Source of the DNA: Lingula anatina
Taxonomy: Eukaryota; Animalia; Brachiopoda
DNA length: 64,000 nt
Assembly: GCA_051362555.1 (NCBI GenBank)
Contig: CM120640.1
Span: 65,202,788 to 65,266,787, forward strand
Direction: 5' to 3'
This document shows, in pieces, positions 29,034 to 44,442 of the stretch (position 1 is the first letter of the stretch; each line of letters begins with the position of its first letter). The notes under the pieces were generated by a model. It was not told the DNA's origin and did no database searches. It saw only the letters and a list, made by a program, of their open reading frames with translations. Position numbers and translations under genes: made by a program.

Positions 29034-29508
29034 TTAATTATTTAGATTGTGTGCAATAAGTAATCTTTTCGGGAAACGAAAAAGTGCAAGAATTTATCAG
29101 GGATCGGAGTTGTAATTCTACTCCACCATTTTCAAGATTCAGATCTCTAATTCTGGGATAATTTATCCTGTCAATGACTGGTTCATTGAGTATTACATAT
29201 TTCTTGCAGTGATTGTAACAAATTAGCTATCAATGAAGCCAAAAGGGTGCTACATTCCGAATAAACATCACTAGTCACAATCAGATTTTATCATTGTCCT
29301 TTCTTCTGTTAGTCTGTACTGATCAAATTCCAGGTTAGTTTAAAATGGCAGCAAAAGGAACTCTAGCTGCATCTAATGGCAGTTGTGCTAATTCAATAAC
29401 AAATTCGTCACCATCCTGGTAGGCAAGTGGAAATACTTCCTTTGTACCAAAGCAGTGGCCAAATGCTCAACTGAATAAAGATTTTCTTGGTGTATAGAGA
29501 GTACCTCA

Positions 29509-32500
29509 TAGTCTAGTCGCCACTCCCATAGGCCCAATAGTCGAACCCTGCAATGTTCTTTCCTGTAAACTTTTTTTGCTGAAACGCATTCTTTAGGTCG
29601 AGAGAAGCAAAATTAGCTTGGTTGCTACTTCCGAGACGTTGAGCATTTTTCAATATGGCCGTCAATTTATGAGGAAAAATAGAAAAACGACCAGAAATCG
29701 CCAGGTATACTTTATTAAGGGCTTCTTTGAACGTTAATCATATCAGAAGAGCACAGCAGCAATGTTAGATACACTTAAGCGCGTAACTTTTAGCAAAACA
29801 TGAAAATGGCCGTCAAAACATATGGCATAACGTAAAAAAAGATGCAAAAATTGTCCGTTTTTCTTCATATATAGTCTTGTAAAAACTATTTTCGCCATTT
29901 ATAATTATTTTCATTATCATATTTCGTTAGCCTTAAACTTAAGCTCTCAGAATAAATTATTTTGTCATTCCACAAATGGTTGGGTAAGGGTATCAGCCCC
30001 CAAGAGTCTGTTGCCACTCCCACGGGCTCCATAGTCGATTCCTTCTATGCTATTCCCTGCTTTCTTTTTTTGAAGAACTAAACTCTTTGAGGCTACATAA
30101 GCCAGTTTAGTTAGGTTTTCTTCCAGTTACTACTTCATAGACATAGATGAATTTTCAAAATCCAAAATGGCCGTCAAATAATTATGTAGAAAGGCAATGT
30201 GTTGGGTCCAAATTGCACTGTGTTCTGCACTTCAGATAGGTTTAAATCAATGTTGATCCTTTCAAGACTGTTTTATAGGATTACAGATAGGACCACTATA
30301 CGTTAAATTCATTAAAAAAGACAAAATTACCGCTACAACATGCTGGAAAAGGTTATGACGAGGTTTACTGGTAAGGTACAGTTATACTAAGACCCCACAA
30401 AGTGCGGCAACACGTAGGATTGACCGTTTCATAAATTCTCTCTTTCTTTTTTATACAGGCTCAATCTGAAAAAATAATTATCAAGGGCCAGCAGGGATTT
30501 CCCCAGTATTTGTGATACAGGGAGTCCAAAATGTTAATTTGCAATTTAGGCGCTAATGGGAGGGGGAGGGGTAAAATTAATAATAAATAAATTGAATTAT
30601 TATTAATATAGTAACCTTATTGTTTTTAGTTTTTATAATGATTATATTAACATTTATTTTTGTGATTTTAACCTTTTCAATATGGATAGGAATAATCCAA
30701 TCCTAGGAGGTGTTTCTAATTTTACTCAAATGGCCTATGAGAAGAAGAACATGTAAATTACACTTGCTTGAGAGACAGTGTGTTGCCTTGACAACGAGCC
30801 TGGTAAAGCTACTTGGGTGCCAGTCTGTCACAGCTAAGTCTTGTTCCTCCTGCCCTGATCGATGAGTATGGCTGCTTGGCTTAAAGCACCTACCCGGCTT
30901 CAACCAGCACAACATCTGGAGCAGGTGGGGTTGTGACTTTACCAGGTCGGCGGGACTGCAGGCGACTTAGCCGCAAGTTTTGGCGCTCGTCAATCCCACT
31001 ACCCCGAAGATTCAAGGAAAGTTGTGCTGTTTGACAGGTACGATGAAGAAACTCGTAGCCCTAAGGAACACAAGCGTATGAGACGAGGAAGCGCCAAAGA
31101 ACTCTGGATTACTTCAAACACCAGCCTTCCTTGCTGCGAAACCATTCTTCACAATACGAAGAACAAGAGTCTGCACAACAACATCCTCTGTACATATCGC
31201 CTTCCACACAACATACAGCTCATGAATAAGATGGACTGTGCAGTAACCCATGTTGAGACAGATGTCACCCTCTCCAGTTATATGTTAAAGGCAATGGCGG
31301 ATGGCGCCGAGACAATACGCATCCTTAGTGACGACACAGATGTCTTTGTCCTCGATCTTGGTCTATTGGACATCCAAGATGAAGATAGATGCTATGATTC
31401 AAATGGAAAAGTAAAGATGTGATGTCCTTGACATAAATGCTACTGTAGAGCAGTTAGGGCCAAGGAAATGCAGCCAGTTACAAGGTGTCCACGCACTGTC
31501 AGGCTGTGATACAGTATCGTACCCCTTTGGAAAAGGAAAGCAGTCGGCTCTGAAGCTGCTAGAGATAGATATACAAGGACTGGATCAAGTACTCGGAGAG
31601 CCTGGTGTAACCCACGCTGAGCTTAAGATGGCAGCCGATGCTTTCCTTTTACCCCTATATGGACAGGCGGAATGTACAACATTAAATGAGGCCTGTGGTT
31701 GCTTCTTTCGCTGTCGAAAGAAACCTCCGCTTCTTAGGAAACTGTCACCGACTGATGAAAACTTGCAGTTGCGTGTGCTTCGAGCTCATCTACAGATGTC
31801 ACTGTGGAAGGCTGCAGACAAACGTGACCCACCTGAAGAAACTCGAGACATTTCAAACTTTGGTTGGACCATTGATGGATCAACCATCGTCCCAACCATT
31901 TCATCGGCAGCAGTGGCTCCTCAAGTGCTGCTCGATGTGGTCAGCTGCAGCTGTGCTGTAGTAGGCGCCAAGGCTTGCAGTGGTGCACGATACAGTTGCA
32001 ATAAATCAGGTCTCTCATGCACAGACTACTGGTGCCAGGGAGGAATTTCATGTTGTGGGCATTTTACTACTCCATTAGACATTGGCAATGAAGAACAGTT
32101 AGATGAAGAATATGACGAAGTCTAAAATAAGCTTATGCCCAAGTCTTGTCAAGAAGTTGATGTAGTATTAAGAAAATCGATTTGATTAATTGCCACGTAA
32201 TGACTGAGATATCCGCATTGAATATTTTCTTTAATCATAGTATTGACGGACATATTGCTTTTCGTTGTTGTTTTATTTATCCAAAGAATCTGTTTATTTG
32301 TGCATCCTGTCTTTACTGCAGGTATAAATTTTTCTTTGTGTATATTTGTATTTGATTTATTAAATGTCTCTTTCAGTTAAAGGACTTGTGGATTTACAGC
32401 TCTTTTTGTTCTTTCCATTACGTTTTGGAGGCCATTTTTGTTTTTTTTATTCAAATGACTTGCTGAGATGTAATGAGTGATTGCAATTTATAAGAATGTT

Positions 32501-33240
32501 TACATAAATATCCAATGATGAACCATGGTGCAAAGAATATACATATTGATTTGAACGTAATGCTCTTGCTATTCATATAACAAATTGACGGCCATCTTGT
32601 TCTGTGAAAACTGATCAATGTCCTAAACGTATCAACTGGCAAAGAAACCCAAGTTAAGTTGTATTTTCTCAGTTTTCAAGCTCAGGTGATAAAATTTCTT
32701 TTTAAAAGTTTGCAAGATATGACATAGCAATCTTCGACTGTGGGGCTCGTTGGAGTGCAAATGAAATTCCGGGAGCTGACACCGTCAGCCACCGTTTGTA
32801 AAACGTCAAAAAAGGCCTTTTTCTCAGAGTTTGGGACCATGGCTAACAAAATATCATGATGAAAATAAATAAAATAGTTTTACAAGACTAAATATGCAGA
32901 AAAATGGACATTTTTTGCATCTTTTTTTACATTCTGCCTTATGTTTTGACGGCCATTTTGATTTTTTTGCTAAAAAGTTAGCGCTTTAGTGTATCCACCA
33001 GTCCTGCTGTGCTCTTCTAATAGGATTAACGTTCAAAGAAGCCCTTAATTAAGTATACCTGGCGACTTCTGGTAGTTTTTCTTTTTTTCCTCATAAATTG
33101 ACGGCCATATTGAAAAATGCTCAATGTCTCGGAAGTAGCAACCAAGCTAATTTTGCTTCTCTCGGCCTGAAGGAAGCATTTCAGCAAAAAAAGTTTACAG
33201 GAAAAAAAATTGCAGGGTTAGCGTTCTGGCTACTCGACTA
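29509..33240 (+). mobile_element. Academ DNA transposon (XPG-type), internally deleted
   Basis: 5'-TAG...CTA-3' termini (TAGTCTAGTCGCCA / TGGCTACTCGACTA), 3-bp TSD TCA (29506-29508 and 33241-33243), ~450-500-bp inverted repeats, and an internal XPG/PIN-H3TH plus Cys-rich coding relic. Confidence 0.88.
30930..32125 (+). pseudogene. Frameshifted C-terminal part of an Academ protein (XPG/PIN-like nuclease + Cys-rich zinc finger)
   Basis: Motifs VVLFDRY, THVETDV, ILSDDTDVFVL and VHALSGCDTVSYPFGKGK (~31487-31540), then LSPTDENLQLRVLRAHLQMSLWK and CSC...C...C...C..YWC....CC. They are split across frames, and the transposase domain is missing. Confidence 0.85.
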
Positions 33241-33897
33241 TCATCTCAGTGGTTTGTTACTTGGGTTTTTCTCGGAATTAACGATTCATTTTAGTCAGTG
33301 GGGTTTCATTTTAAGTTTACTGTCAGTGTGCATGATGGGGGTCCACTGCAGAAAAAAGCTGATAATTTTATACTGAATCTGGACTTAAAACATCTTTTTT
33401 TCACCATTATAAATCCATATGTGATCGCTTAAAAACTGACTTATTTATCAATTTATTAAATGAAACAAATCTGACGACAAAAAACAAAATTCTGATCATA
33501 TAAGCAAGCTGCATGAAATATATACAGGTGTATGTAAGATGGAATACTACTTGTGCTGAAAGTCTGTTTAAAATCAGGAAAACTTGGATTAGAGTGGCTA
33601 AGTTCTGATTCTATTGGGTATCAACAGATTCAGTTTTGCAGGCTGGTTGACATTGAAGAATCCAATGAATCAGAAGAATATAAGGTACAGCCAGCAAAAT
33701 ATACACCACAGTGTTGTCAATGCTGTAATTATGTCAGTAAAATGACTGCTGTACCACAATAAAATACACCACAACAGGAGCATATACATATATGTCTATA
33801 TATCAACTTTCCACATATTAAAAGTGACTTGAGAGAGGTCTTCAAGGTGGCATTTTGACACGATGTTTAAAGTCTTGTTGTTGCACATGTGACTCCT

Positions 33898-35459
<1,562 letters not shown>

Positions 35460-35709
35460 CTAGAATACAAGAGACAGCAAACTACATACTACACAGCGCA
35501 ACCTGCACAAAGACAACAAACTATATTTGACAGCACAACCTGCACAAAGACCTTATACCAAAAGATTCAGTTGTACTAATTAATAATAATAATAATAATA
35601 ATTTGCAGTTATTATATAATATAATAACTGCAAATTATTATTATTCAAGTAAAATGATTTGCACATATATGCCCTTTAACATTAAAAATTATGGGGGTCA
35701 GGAAATTAA

Positions 35710-36027
35710 AGGGATAATAACTTTTTTCGGCCAAAAAATGAATTTTCCTGGAGTAAACAACAATTTTCCCATACTTACCAATGGTTAATGAATCCATTTT
35801 TACATTCAAAGTTAGTCCCCGGTTTTTTTCTAAAAAGTTTGGTTTTTTGTTAAAATCTCTTAAGAGGGTTTAACAGAGTATAACCACCAATGGAGGTCAC
35901 GTGGTCTAAAGACAAGCTCAGATATCAGAATAATAGCTATAACTGCTGTTTTTGTGGCAAAACAGAATAGTTATTCACAATGTTTTTATTGTGAAATATA
36001 GATCTCATATGAAGAGTTATTATCCCT
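35710..36027. mobile_element. TTAA-flanked MITE (Kolobok-like), copy 1, in the SKP1 5'-UTR intron
   Basis: TTAA|AGGGATAATAA...TTATTATCCCT|TTAA. Inverted homolog at 54213-54531. Confidence 0.82.
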
Positions 36028-36799
36028 TTAAAATTACACCACATTATTAGTAACCCTCACTGTTACTACCCTACATCCTATCTCTCCACTGGTAAAAATG
36101 CAACACATTGAACATATTTCTTCATTTCAAAATCTGCCTGTAAATATCCAGACCCAAAGGGGGCAATTTATTCAAATAGTCATTCAAAAACCTATGAGGG
36201 GGAGTAATGGTGCTGGATAGTAACAATGCTTGGCAGTATCAATGCGGATAATATCATAATTTTGCAAAGAGGAGTAACGATGTTGGGGAGTAGCATTGCA
36301 AGGTTGTTTACAAAGAGATGGCCCCCAAGACCATTACTCCACTCCCACAGTGATGGGTTTCCCATGAAGTTGAAAAATAAACCCAAACTGAAAACTGAAA
36401 AGCGTACCCGTGAAAAAAGAATTTACAGTAAACAATCTAGCTTTCCAGTGCCCTGTCAATCATGGTAGCCCACTAAAATAAAACAGGCAGTCGGACTCCA
36501 ACGTTTTCACGCTCTTATTAATGGTGAAAATCAGTATAAATAAAATATACTCTATTTGATATCTGTATCGGTACATTTGACTGTTTGGGAATGACAGCAA
36601 CAGTACCCTGCCCGCCATTTTGTAGAGAACTCCGAGATTCCATAATCATTGTCAACATTGTAATAGAAAGAATGCTGAAGGATTCTTAATACAAAAACAA
36701 CATATACATCATGGTGTATAATAGGGTTTATATAGTTCAAATCTTACCGTGTATATTCTTTACTTTCACTCGTCTAAATCCTCCAAAATCGGTACACAC

Positions 36800-37060
36800 A
36801 ACCTACAAATGAACAACAGCTTCTCAACACAAGTGACGTCAGCTTTGGGTTGCAATCTGGAATCTGTCGCAGGACCTGCATGGCGTAAATTTGAAATTAA
36901 AGATCAGTCTGAAGAATATTGTTATTAGTTTAAAATTATCATTTAAATTTGATATTTAATTTTAATTGCTATTTAAGTACGAAATATCTAAGATCTTAGA
37001 TATTTCAACGTTGTTTTTTTCCGGACAAATTCTCTGTTATAGACAAACGAATCCGACCTC
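36800..37060. promoter_or_regulatory. Putative bidirectional promoter for SKP1 / FGFR1OP2 with a full CRE (TGACGTCA, 36834-36841)
   Basis: Divergent splice donors at ~36746 (-) and 37114 (+, GTAAGT), local CpG enrichment and a palindromic CRE. Confidence 0.6.
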
Positions 37061-38951
37061 TTTTGCGTTTGAAGAACAGGAAGAAAATTGACTGAAAGAA
37101 AATTTGCCACCAAGTAAGTTTTAAAAAAATATGCTCCCAAATTCATAAATGTAAAGCGTGGAACAAGTTTTAAGTTATGATAGGTAAATGGAGTCAACTC
37201 CATGCATTATCGTACTAAACGATATGTTTTTGCAACATCATTGTAACTTAGGTGGCACTTGTCGAAAATTTGAAAAAAAGTAATCAAACAAATGTCGAAG
37301 CTAATAACATTAAAAATAACATTAAAATTAACAATACTATACGTATATTAACTCTAAGACGAAATGATTACTGTCTCTTCTACATCTTGAGCAACTGGTG
37401 CATTAGGGCCTGCAACTGTTCAAAATTCTATATACCAAAATCATGCATATATGCTATTACCTGGCATGAAAATTCACATATAAGCACTTCTGTTTACTGC
37501 TCATCTACCAGTTATGCTTGTGAAATTGTACAACACAAATGGGGGGGGGGGGGGGGGGGGGGGTCATGGCTGCCATGAAAGAAATTCTGAATTTGACAAG
37601 AAAGTTAGTGATTGTTTCCTTCCAGAAGTATTCTCATGAAAAATCATGTTGGCAAAGCAACATCCATTGTTTATGATTCTGCACAGTAGGTTGCCTTTTG
37701 GGAGATAAAGGGTAAATTGTTGTGTCATTATTTGACAGACCAGATGAACCCGTGGTAAGAGTGTCCACAGAGTGGGAGGTCATGGGTTTGATTGCAGTGA
37801 CCAGTCCATGGGATTTAGAAGTCCTTAATAAAAAAATTGTAACACATTGATTAGCCACTTTGCACGTGGCATAAAAGGGAAGCAGTTTACCTATACTGAA
37901 CAGGCCTGGCAACATAAATAATTCAGATTCGAACCTACCTCACACATTGAAATATCTGAGAGATGAGATAAAGATATGAGAGCCCTGCAGCATAATGAAA
38001 GCTCTATCTGGCTGTCATTTTACAGTTATGTTGCACTTTATCTTTCATGCGTTAGCACAAATAGTACTTATCAGAGATTGGTAACGCATGAATTTTTATG
38101 CTAGCATCCTAGTGTGTTGTGTAGTGTCAATGCTTTGCATAGATGCACAGCAGCAGCATAACTTTTTTCACTAGTAAGGTCACTTTTTAAAATTTCATCT
38201 GTAATTTCATTTATAATAGCAGATGTGTTCCAATCTACTTGTACACATAAATACCTAAAGGATCATTTGTCCACTTGATAAGTTGTTATTGACCATCTTA
38301 TTGGCAGAATTACAAGTCCCCGTTTTCCTGTAAACCTATCGAAAAGCTTTCAAATTGAGAACATGTTTGTAATGTAACAAATTAGCTAGAGACTACAAAA
38401 CTAAGTAAAGTGAAGTTTGGCAAAAGGGAGAAGAATATTCACAAATTCTGTTTTATGTAGCATTATACACCAACAATTCACCTACTATTCGTTTGCAGAA
38501 CCAAAAAATTAAGCATCTAATCATTCTTTTCATCCAGAATTGACACAAACAATGCATTTCTTAATGATTTTGAAAGGAAAGTGCATTTGTGTATTTTGGT
38601 GAAAAATTAGAAGCACATTTTTTTAGAGTTTTTTAACTGCTTTATTTCCTGCCAGCCTTATTTTTACAATACAACTAGAAGATTTGCCTCCATTTCTAAA
38701 ATTTTTTTGCTTCAGTGTCTTTCAAAAACATCCACCTTAAACAAGTTTTGGCAGTCACATAATTATATTTTATACTGTTTTTATTGGCATACATATTGTT
38801 TCTTGTATCATATAAAGCTGCTTATACTAGTATTTTATTTATTCATAAGATAAAAAAAAATGTCACTGACATGTCTATAAATTGCTTCAAGCTTGAGTAG
38901 GCTGTCAACCCGTTTGTCTACAGTTCCAGGTGAATGCACATCAAAGGGAAC

Positions 38952-39971
38952 ATGTGCAGTATAGAGAAGATTCTGACAGATGCAAGGCTTCTTGTGAACA
39001 GGCTTCGAGAGCATGACACAGCAGCAGATTCACTGATAGCTCAGGCCCAGGCATTAAACAAAAGGGTGGATGGGATGAAACAGGTCAGTTAAACCACAGA
39101 AATTTGGGGATTTCCCACCAATTCTGAAATTTTAAGCAATTTCTGAAATAAAATGATTTAACTATCTTGCCACTTTTTCCTGATTAATCTGATCAGTGCG
39201 TTTCATGATACAAGTAATTGTGTATTTGTCATTTTTCAGTACCAAGAGGACATGAATGATCTTAATGAAGTTGCACGACATAGGCCTAGGTCAACATTGA
39301 TTCTAGGCCTAGCCCAAGAAAATCGACAAATAAGAGAATTACAGCAAGAGAACAGGGAACTGCGCATATCTTTAGATGAGTATCAGACAGCCCTGGAGCT
39401 AATAATGAGCAAGTATAGAGAACAAGTGCTTAAGCTAGTCATGGCTAGGAAAGTGGATAACAATGTGGACAGAGCAGTGAACAGTGCACAAAATGGAAAG
39501 GTTTGTGAAATAACATACTACTAGTGTGTTCATGAATCTTAAAGTATAGATGAAGGATAATGAATGCAATTATTGGTTTGAATACTTTTTGTGCATTATC
39601 TGTGTTGACTACTGCAACAAGAAATAAGTGGAATAATTATAAGTATTGTTAATCCGATTTATTGAAATCTAACAATTAAGAGGTGGCTCTGTTTTTACAT
39701 TAAATTTCTTATTCCTTTTCAGCAATTACAGGAGAAAATAGATAAAATCTGTGAAATGGCTGCAGTGATGCAGGAATCTATAAAAGTAGATGACCTGGCC
39801 ATTCCCAAGGAAGAGGAATTGGTCAAAAGACTAAAAATTGAAAATGAAGGACTGCGTGAGATGCTTAGGATAAGGAACAGTTTGAACCCTCCTCAATTAT
39901 GTGATCATGAATGTCAGACCAATCTAGACGACTCCATGGAACTGTCAAATTCGCAGGAGGGCATGTCATAG
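38952..39971 (+). CDS. FGFR1OP2: FGFR1 oncogene partner 2 / SIKE family coiled-coil protein (STRIPAK), ~213 aa
   Basis: Exons 38952-39083 [44 protein letters not shown], 39240-39500 YQED...[27 protein letters not shown]...[11 protein letters not shown], and 39723-39971. An alternative in-frame ATG lies at 38934. Confidence 0.93.
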
Positions 39972-41441
39972 TGCATATAGCAGTACTGATAACACACCAC
40001 ACTCTGCATACTATTCCTGACCTTTGTTGAAAGTAGTAATGAAACCTCAGCTCAAAGCAAATGGACAGAGGTGAAGAAATGGTGTCTTGGTTGAAAATAG
40101 TTTATATTTAATCAAGTCTTCATGTGGACGTTTGAGTGTGGATTTGTTTTATTGATTTAACGGCTGTGTTTAAAGGTAATATTTATTATAAAGTAAACAA
40201 CAACACTTTGTTTTCTGAGGCTTTATTCAAGATGAGAGCGTCTTATTGGCAGCTGTAGCACAAACAACAGAAATGATATTCTAGAAATTATCTGATTAAG
40301 ATCAGTAGTCAACTATGATACAAGGTTAATTCTCTCAGCAAACATCTGGGTCTGGTTCACATAATTTCCTGCATCATTTTTTGTGTGTATAAAACCATCG
40401 AAGGGAGGCATGCTGCCAACTGATCACAAAGTAATGAGTGTATATTGTGCACTTTTAATTTCTCGATGAAAAGGCTAAAGATCAACAATGTAGGCTGTAT
40501 GTTGATTATTGAATGCCCCATGCTTAATATTTCCATCAGCAGTTTGAGAATTGAAGTTTGTCATCATGTTCTTATAATACTTCACATTAAGGCTGAGACA
40601 TTTAAAATCATTTGCAGAGTTAAGTAGAAGTGAATTTCTGAAAAAAAATTTGGAGTATTGTTATCAAGAACTTTGACATTCAGAGATATTATCAAGCAAG
40701 TTATCCTGTAGTCATTAGCAGAGCTGTGAAAAGACTACAATACACTGTCCACTGTCACAGTGATCCGGATGGTGTCAACTTGGTTACAAGTGCAGCAGGA
40801 CATGCTTGCAGGAGGGCAATCCATCACATCTGGGGCTATATTCCAAACTCTCAATGTCATTGACTGCTGCTAAAATTTAGCCTCTACTTCTATGAATTTA
40901 GTAAACAGCTTTTATGTCTCTGTTGCAGTCATTGTTAATTTAATTCAACCATGTTTAGAGTTTAACTTGAGAGTATCACTTAGTGCACCTGTTAATATTT
41001 AATGGCAAAGGGGTGAAAAGCTTTTTGACCCCATATTTATAAGTATTATTATGTTATATATTATTGTGGCATTCCATGAATGAAGTGAGTCATTGATTTA
41101 GTGTGTGTGTGTGATAAGATTATTTTGGAGAGCTGGTGTCCTTAGCTTCTTGATTTGTTTAACTATAACATACAAGATGGATACAATGTACCCTAAGGGG
41201 ACCATGGCGAATTATCAGACTAGTGGAAATGTTTCTAATTATTGAATAATACAAAAATTTCTTAGTAGCATTTTAAACATATCATTTAAAGCATCTTGTC
41301 CATCATATAGAGGTATATTCTGAGCAGTACATTTCCGATTCGGTGGCTGTTATGAAACGAGCAATCCTCATATTAAATTGGTTTTTTCAACGCTGACATT
41401 TGCTCTGGTCCCATTTGAAGTATTAAGGTCGATCTCCAGAC

Positions 41442-43695
41442 TTTTTATGTACAGACACAGATGTGTCTGTACATATTGCCATCACCTGCGTCTGTCGTCG
41501 CCGTCGCCGTTCATGTCGCCGTTCATGTCGCCGTCGATGTCGCCGTCGCCGTCGCCGTCGCCGTGCACTTTCAGCGTTAACACCATAAGTGGAAGACAGT
41601 TTTACTTTTTGGCTTTATATTTACAGAGCTGATGAATATTCATAAAACGCAGGTCAAGTTCGAAAATCGGCATGATCGGGCCACCATTTTAGTAGTTATG
41701 CTGTTTTTTCACTTTTCAGCATATATGCAACACTGTTAACACATTTCAAAGAAAACTGATAAGCCTGTTGTCATGAAACTCACAGGAGTAATCAATCTTA
41801 CTAAAACGCAGGTCAAGTTCTAAAATCGGCATGATCGGGCCACCATTTTAGTAGTTATGCTGTTTTTTCACTTTTCAGCATATATGCAACACTGTTAACA
41901 CATTTCAAAGAAAACTGATAGGCCTGTTGTCATGAAACTCACAGGAGTAATCAATCTTACTAAAACGCAGGTCAAGTTCGAAAATCAGCATAATCGGGCC
42001 ATTATTTTATAAGTTATGCTGTTTTTTCACATTTCTTCTTGATTCAATTCTTAGGCATGTTAACAGTCTCATTATTTAATTAATAAGATACGTTAAAGTG
42101 TTTGCTTGACATTTCCTGCATCTTTACAACATTGTTAGTTGATTATGTAAAAATGATGGTAAACTTGTTATCATGTATTGTGTAATAAAGTGTCAAAAAT
42201 GGAAATAAACTCATATTATTGCAGTTTGTAAGATTCAATCATTCATTATGTTCAGAAACTCAGAATGGAGGAAATTGGACATTTGACACTGTTCTATTGA
42301 TATTTTTCACATCTCATCAACTTTCTTAGTTGAACATATAAAAATGGCAGTAAACTGTTAATTTTGTTTTATGTTAAAAAAGTGTTAAAAATGGAAATAA
42401 ACGCATTTCATAACAGTATTGTCTTGTTTCACATTTCCTCAGATTCAATTCTTAGGCATGTTAACAGTCTCATCATTTAACTAATAAGATACGTAAAAGT
42501 CTTTGTTTAACATTTCCTGCATCTTTACAACATTGTTAGTTGATTATGTAAAAATGATGGTAAGCTTGTTATCATGTATTGTATAATAGAGTTTCAAAAA
42601 TGGAAATAAACTCTTATCATTGCAGTTTGTCAGATTCATTCATTCATTCACTATGTTCAGAAACTCAGAATGGAGGAAATTGGACATTTAACACTGTTCT
42701 ATTGATATTTTTCCCATCTCATCAATTTTCTTAGTTGATCATATAAAAATGGCAGTAAAGTGTTAATTTTGTTATATGTTAAAAAATTGTTAAAAATGGA
42801 AAAAAATGCATTTCAGGACAGTACTGTCTTGTCTACATTTTGGCATTTTCAAGTTGTGACTTTGAAGTTCCATGGGCCTGAAGACCTTTGCTAGTCACAT
42901 TTTCTGAATATCCATGATACTAATATTTTATTATTAAATATTGATGGTTATTATCCTGTTAAACATTATGTAATATTGCATCAAAATTTGAAGAAACCCC
43001 TATTTTGGACACTGCTCCCTTAATGACCATTTAAAGAAAACTATGTCACTTACTGTTCTCAAACTTACAGGAAAGAAACATGGGACTAAAATACAGTTTC
43101 ATTAGGCAGTGCAGTCTATTTGGTAAATTTTTCTGGTAGTTAATCAGTTTTTTGTGAAAATTTAATTTTTCACATATTGGCAATTTCAAGGTGTGACTTA
43201 GAACCACCTTGGGCTTGAAGACCCATGCTAGTCACATTTTCTGAAAATCCACGATACGTATATTTTATTATTAAAAACTGATGTTCTTTATGCTGTTAAG
43301 CATTATGAAATATTGCATCAAAATAGAAGAAAACACAATATTGGGTATTGCTGCCATGATGACCATCATGGGAAAACCATATTACTTATGATTGTCAAAC
43401 TTTTAAAAAAGAAACACAGGACTAAAATGCAGCTCGAGTTGGAAAAGCAGTCTAATTGACTTTTTTTTTTGGAAGTTTTACATTTTCAAAGTGTGAACTT
43501 GAACTCCCATGGGCCTGAAGCCTTATGCTTGTTACACATTTTACTTACATTGGTATTACCTGTTGAGCATAATTAAAATTTGATGTTGAATTTTCAGTTT
43601 AACATAATGTACTTTTACATCAGAATTGACAGTAGCCTATTTTGTTATTTCCTGCTTTTTGTCTGTACATTTGACAGCTTTGCTGCCTTGTTTTT
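41442..43695 (+). mobile_element. Second HINE/DINE-1-like family, copy 2, with 159-bp core repeats
   Basis: Same head, subTIR and 3' hairpin as 13414-16124, with a (GTCGCC)n microsatellite. The core unit starts at 41643, 41802 and 41961. An internal ~410-bp duplication lies at ~42030 and ~42430. Confidence 0.85.
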
Positions 43696-44442
43696 AATAC
43701 AAATACAACATCTTAAAACCAATTTGTTTGCATTTTTTTATTTAAATGTTGAAATTGTTAAATGTCTGGGCAGTCTCATGTGGAAGTGGTATATCGTTCA
43801 AAGTTGCGACTCTGCTGTCCTGGGAATAGCAGCCTTGTGACCATCGTTTATTAACACATTCTACACAAGCTGATCATTTCAAATAAGCTGTCAGTGAGGA
43901 TAATTTTCACCACAATGAATAAAAGTACAGTATTTAGCCAAGCAATTATTTTCCCACTCATTTATATATGGAAAGTTTCTTGTTTTTGACAAAACTGCCC
44001 TATCTAGAAAGCACTGAGAAATGAAAATATCAATCTGGATACCTAAACATGAATATCTCTTCAAACAATGAATTATGCAACAGCATCGCAAATATGCACT
44101 TAACATAACATGCATTCCCCCGCCCCCGGCCCCCCCCCCCCAAAAAAAAAAAAGCCTAGGAAGACATGGTACAATAATACTTCAACAATATATCACAGTT
44201 AAGAATTTTATCTGAAAGTCGCTATGCTATCTCCTGAGCATCTCATGTTAATTAAAATGATTTTGTCCTTATCAACATTTTGGAAATGGCATAAAACATC
44301 TTTTATCATACACATTTTATAAATTTTGCAATGTAATAGCCCAGAAAAACATGTTTTTTAAGATCAATGGTAAATATGTTCTATCATGAACAAGTGAAAA
44401 TATATATACAGCGTGGCTAAATAAAATCTTGCTTTTGTTAAA

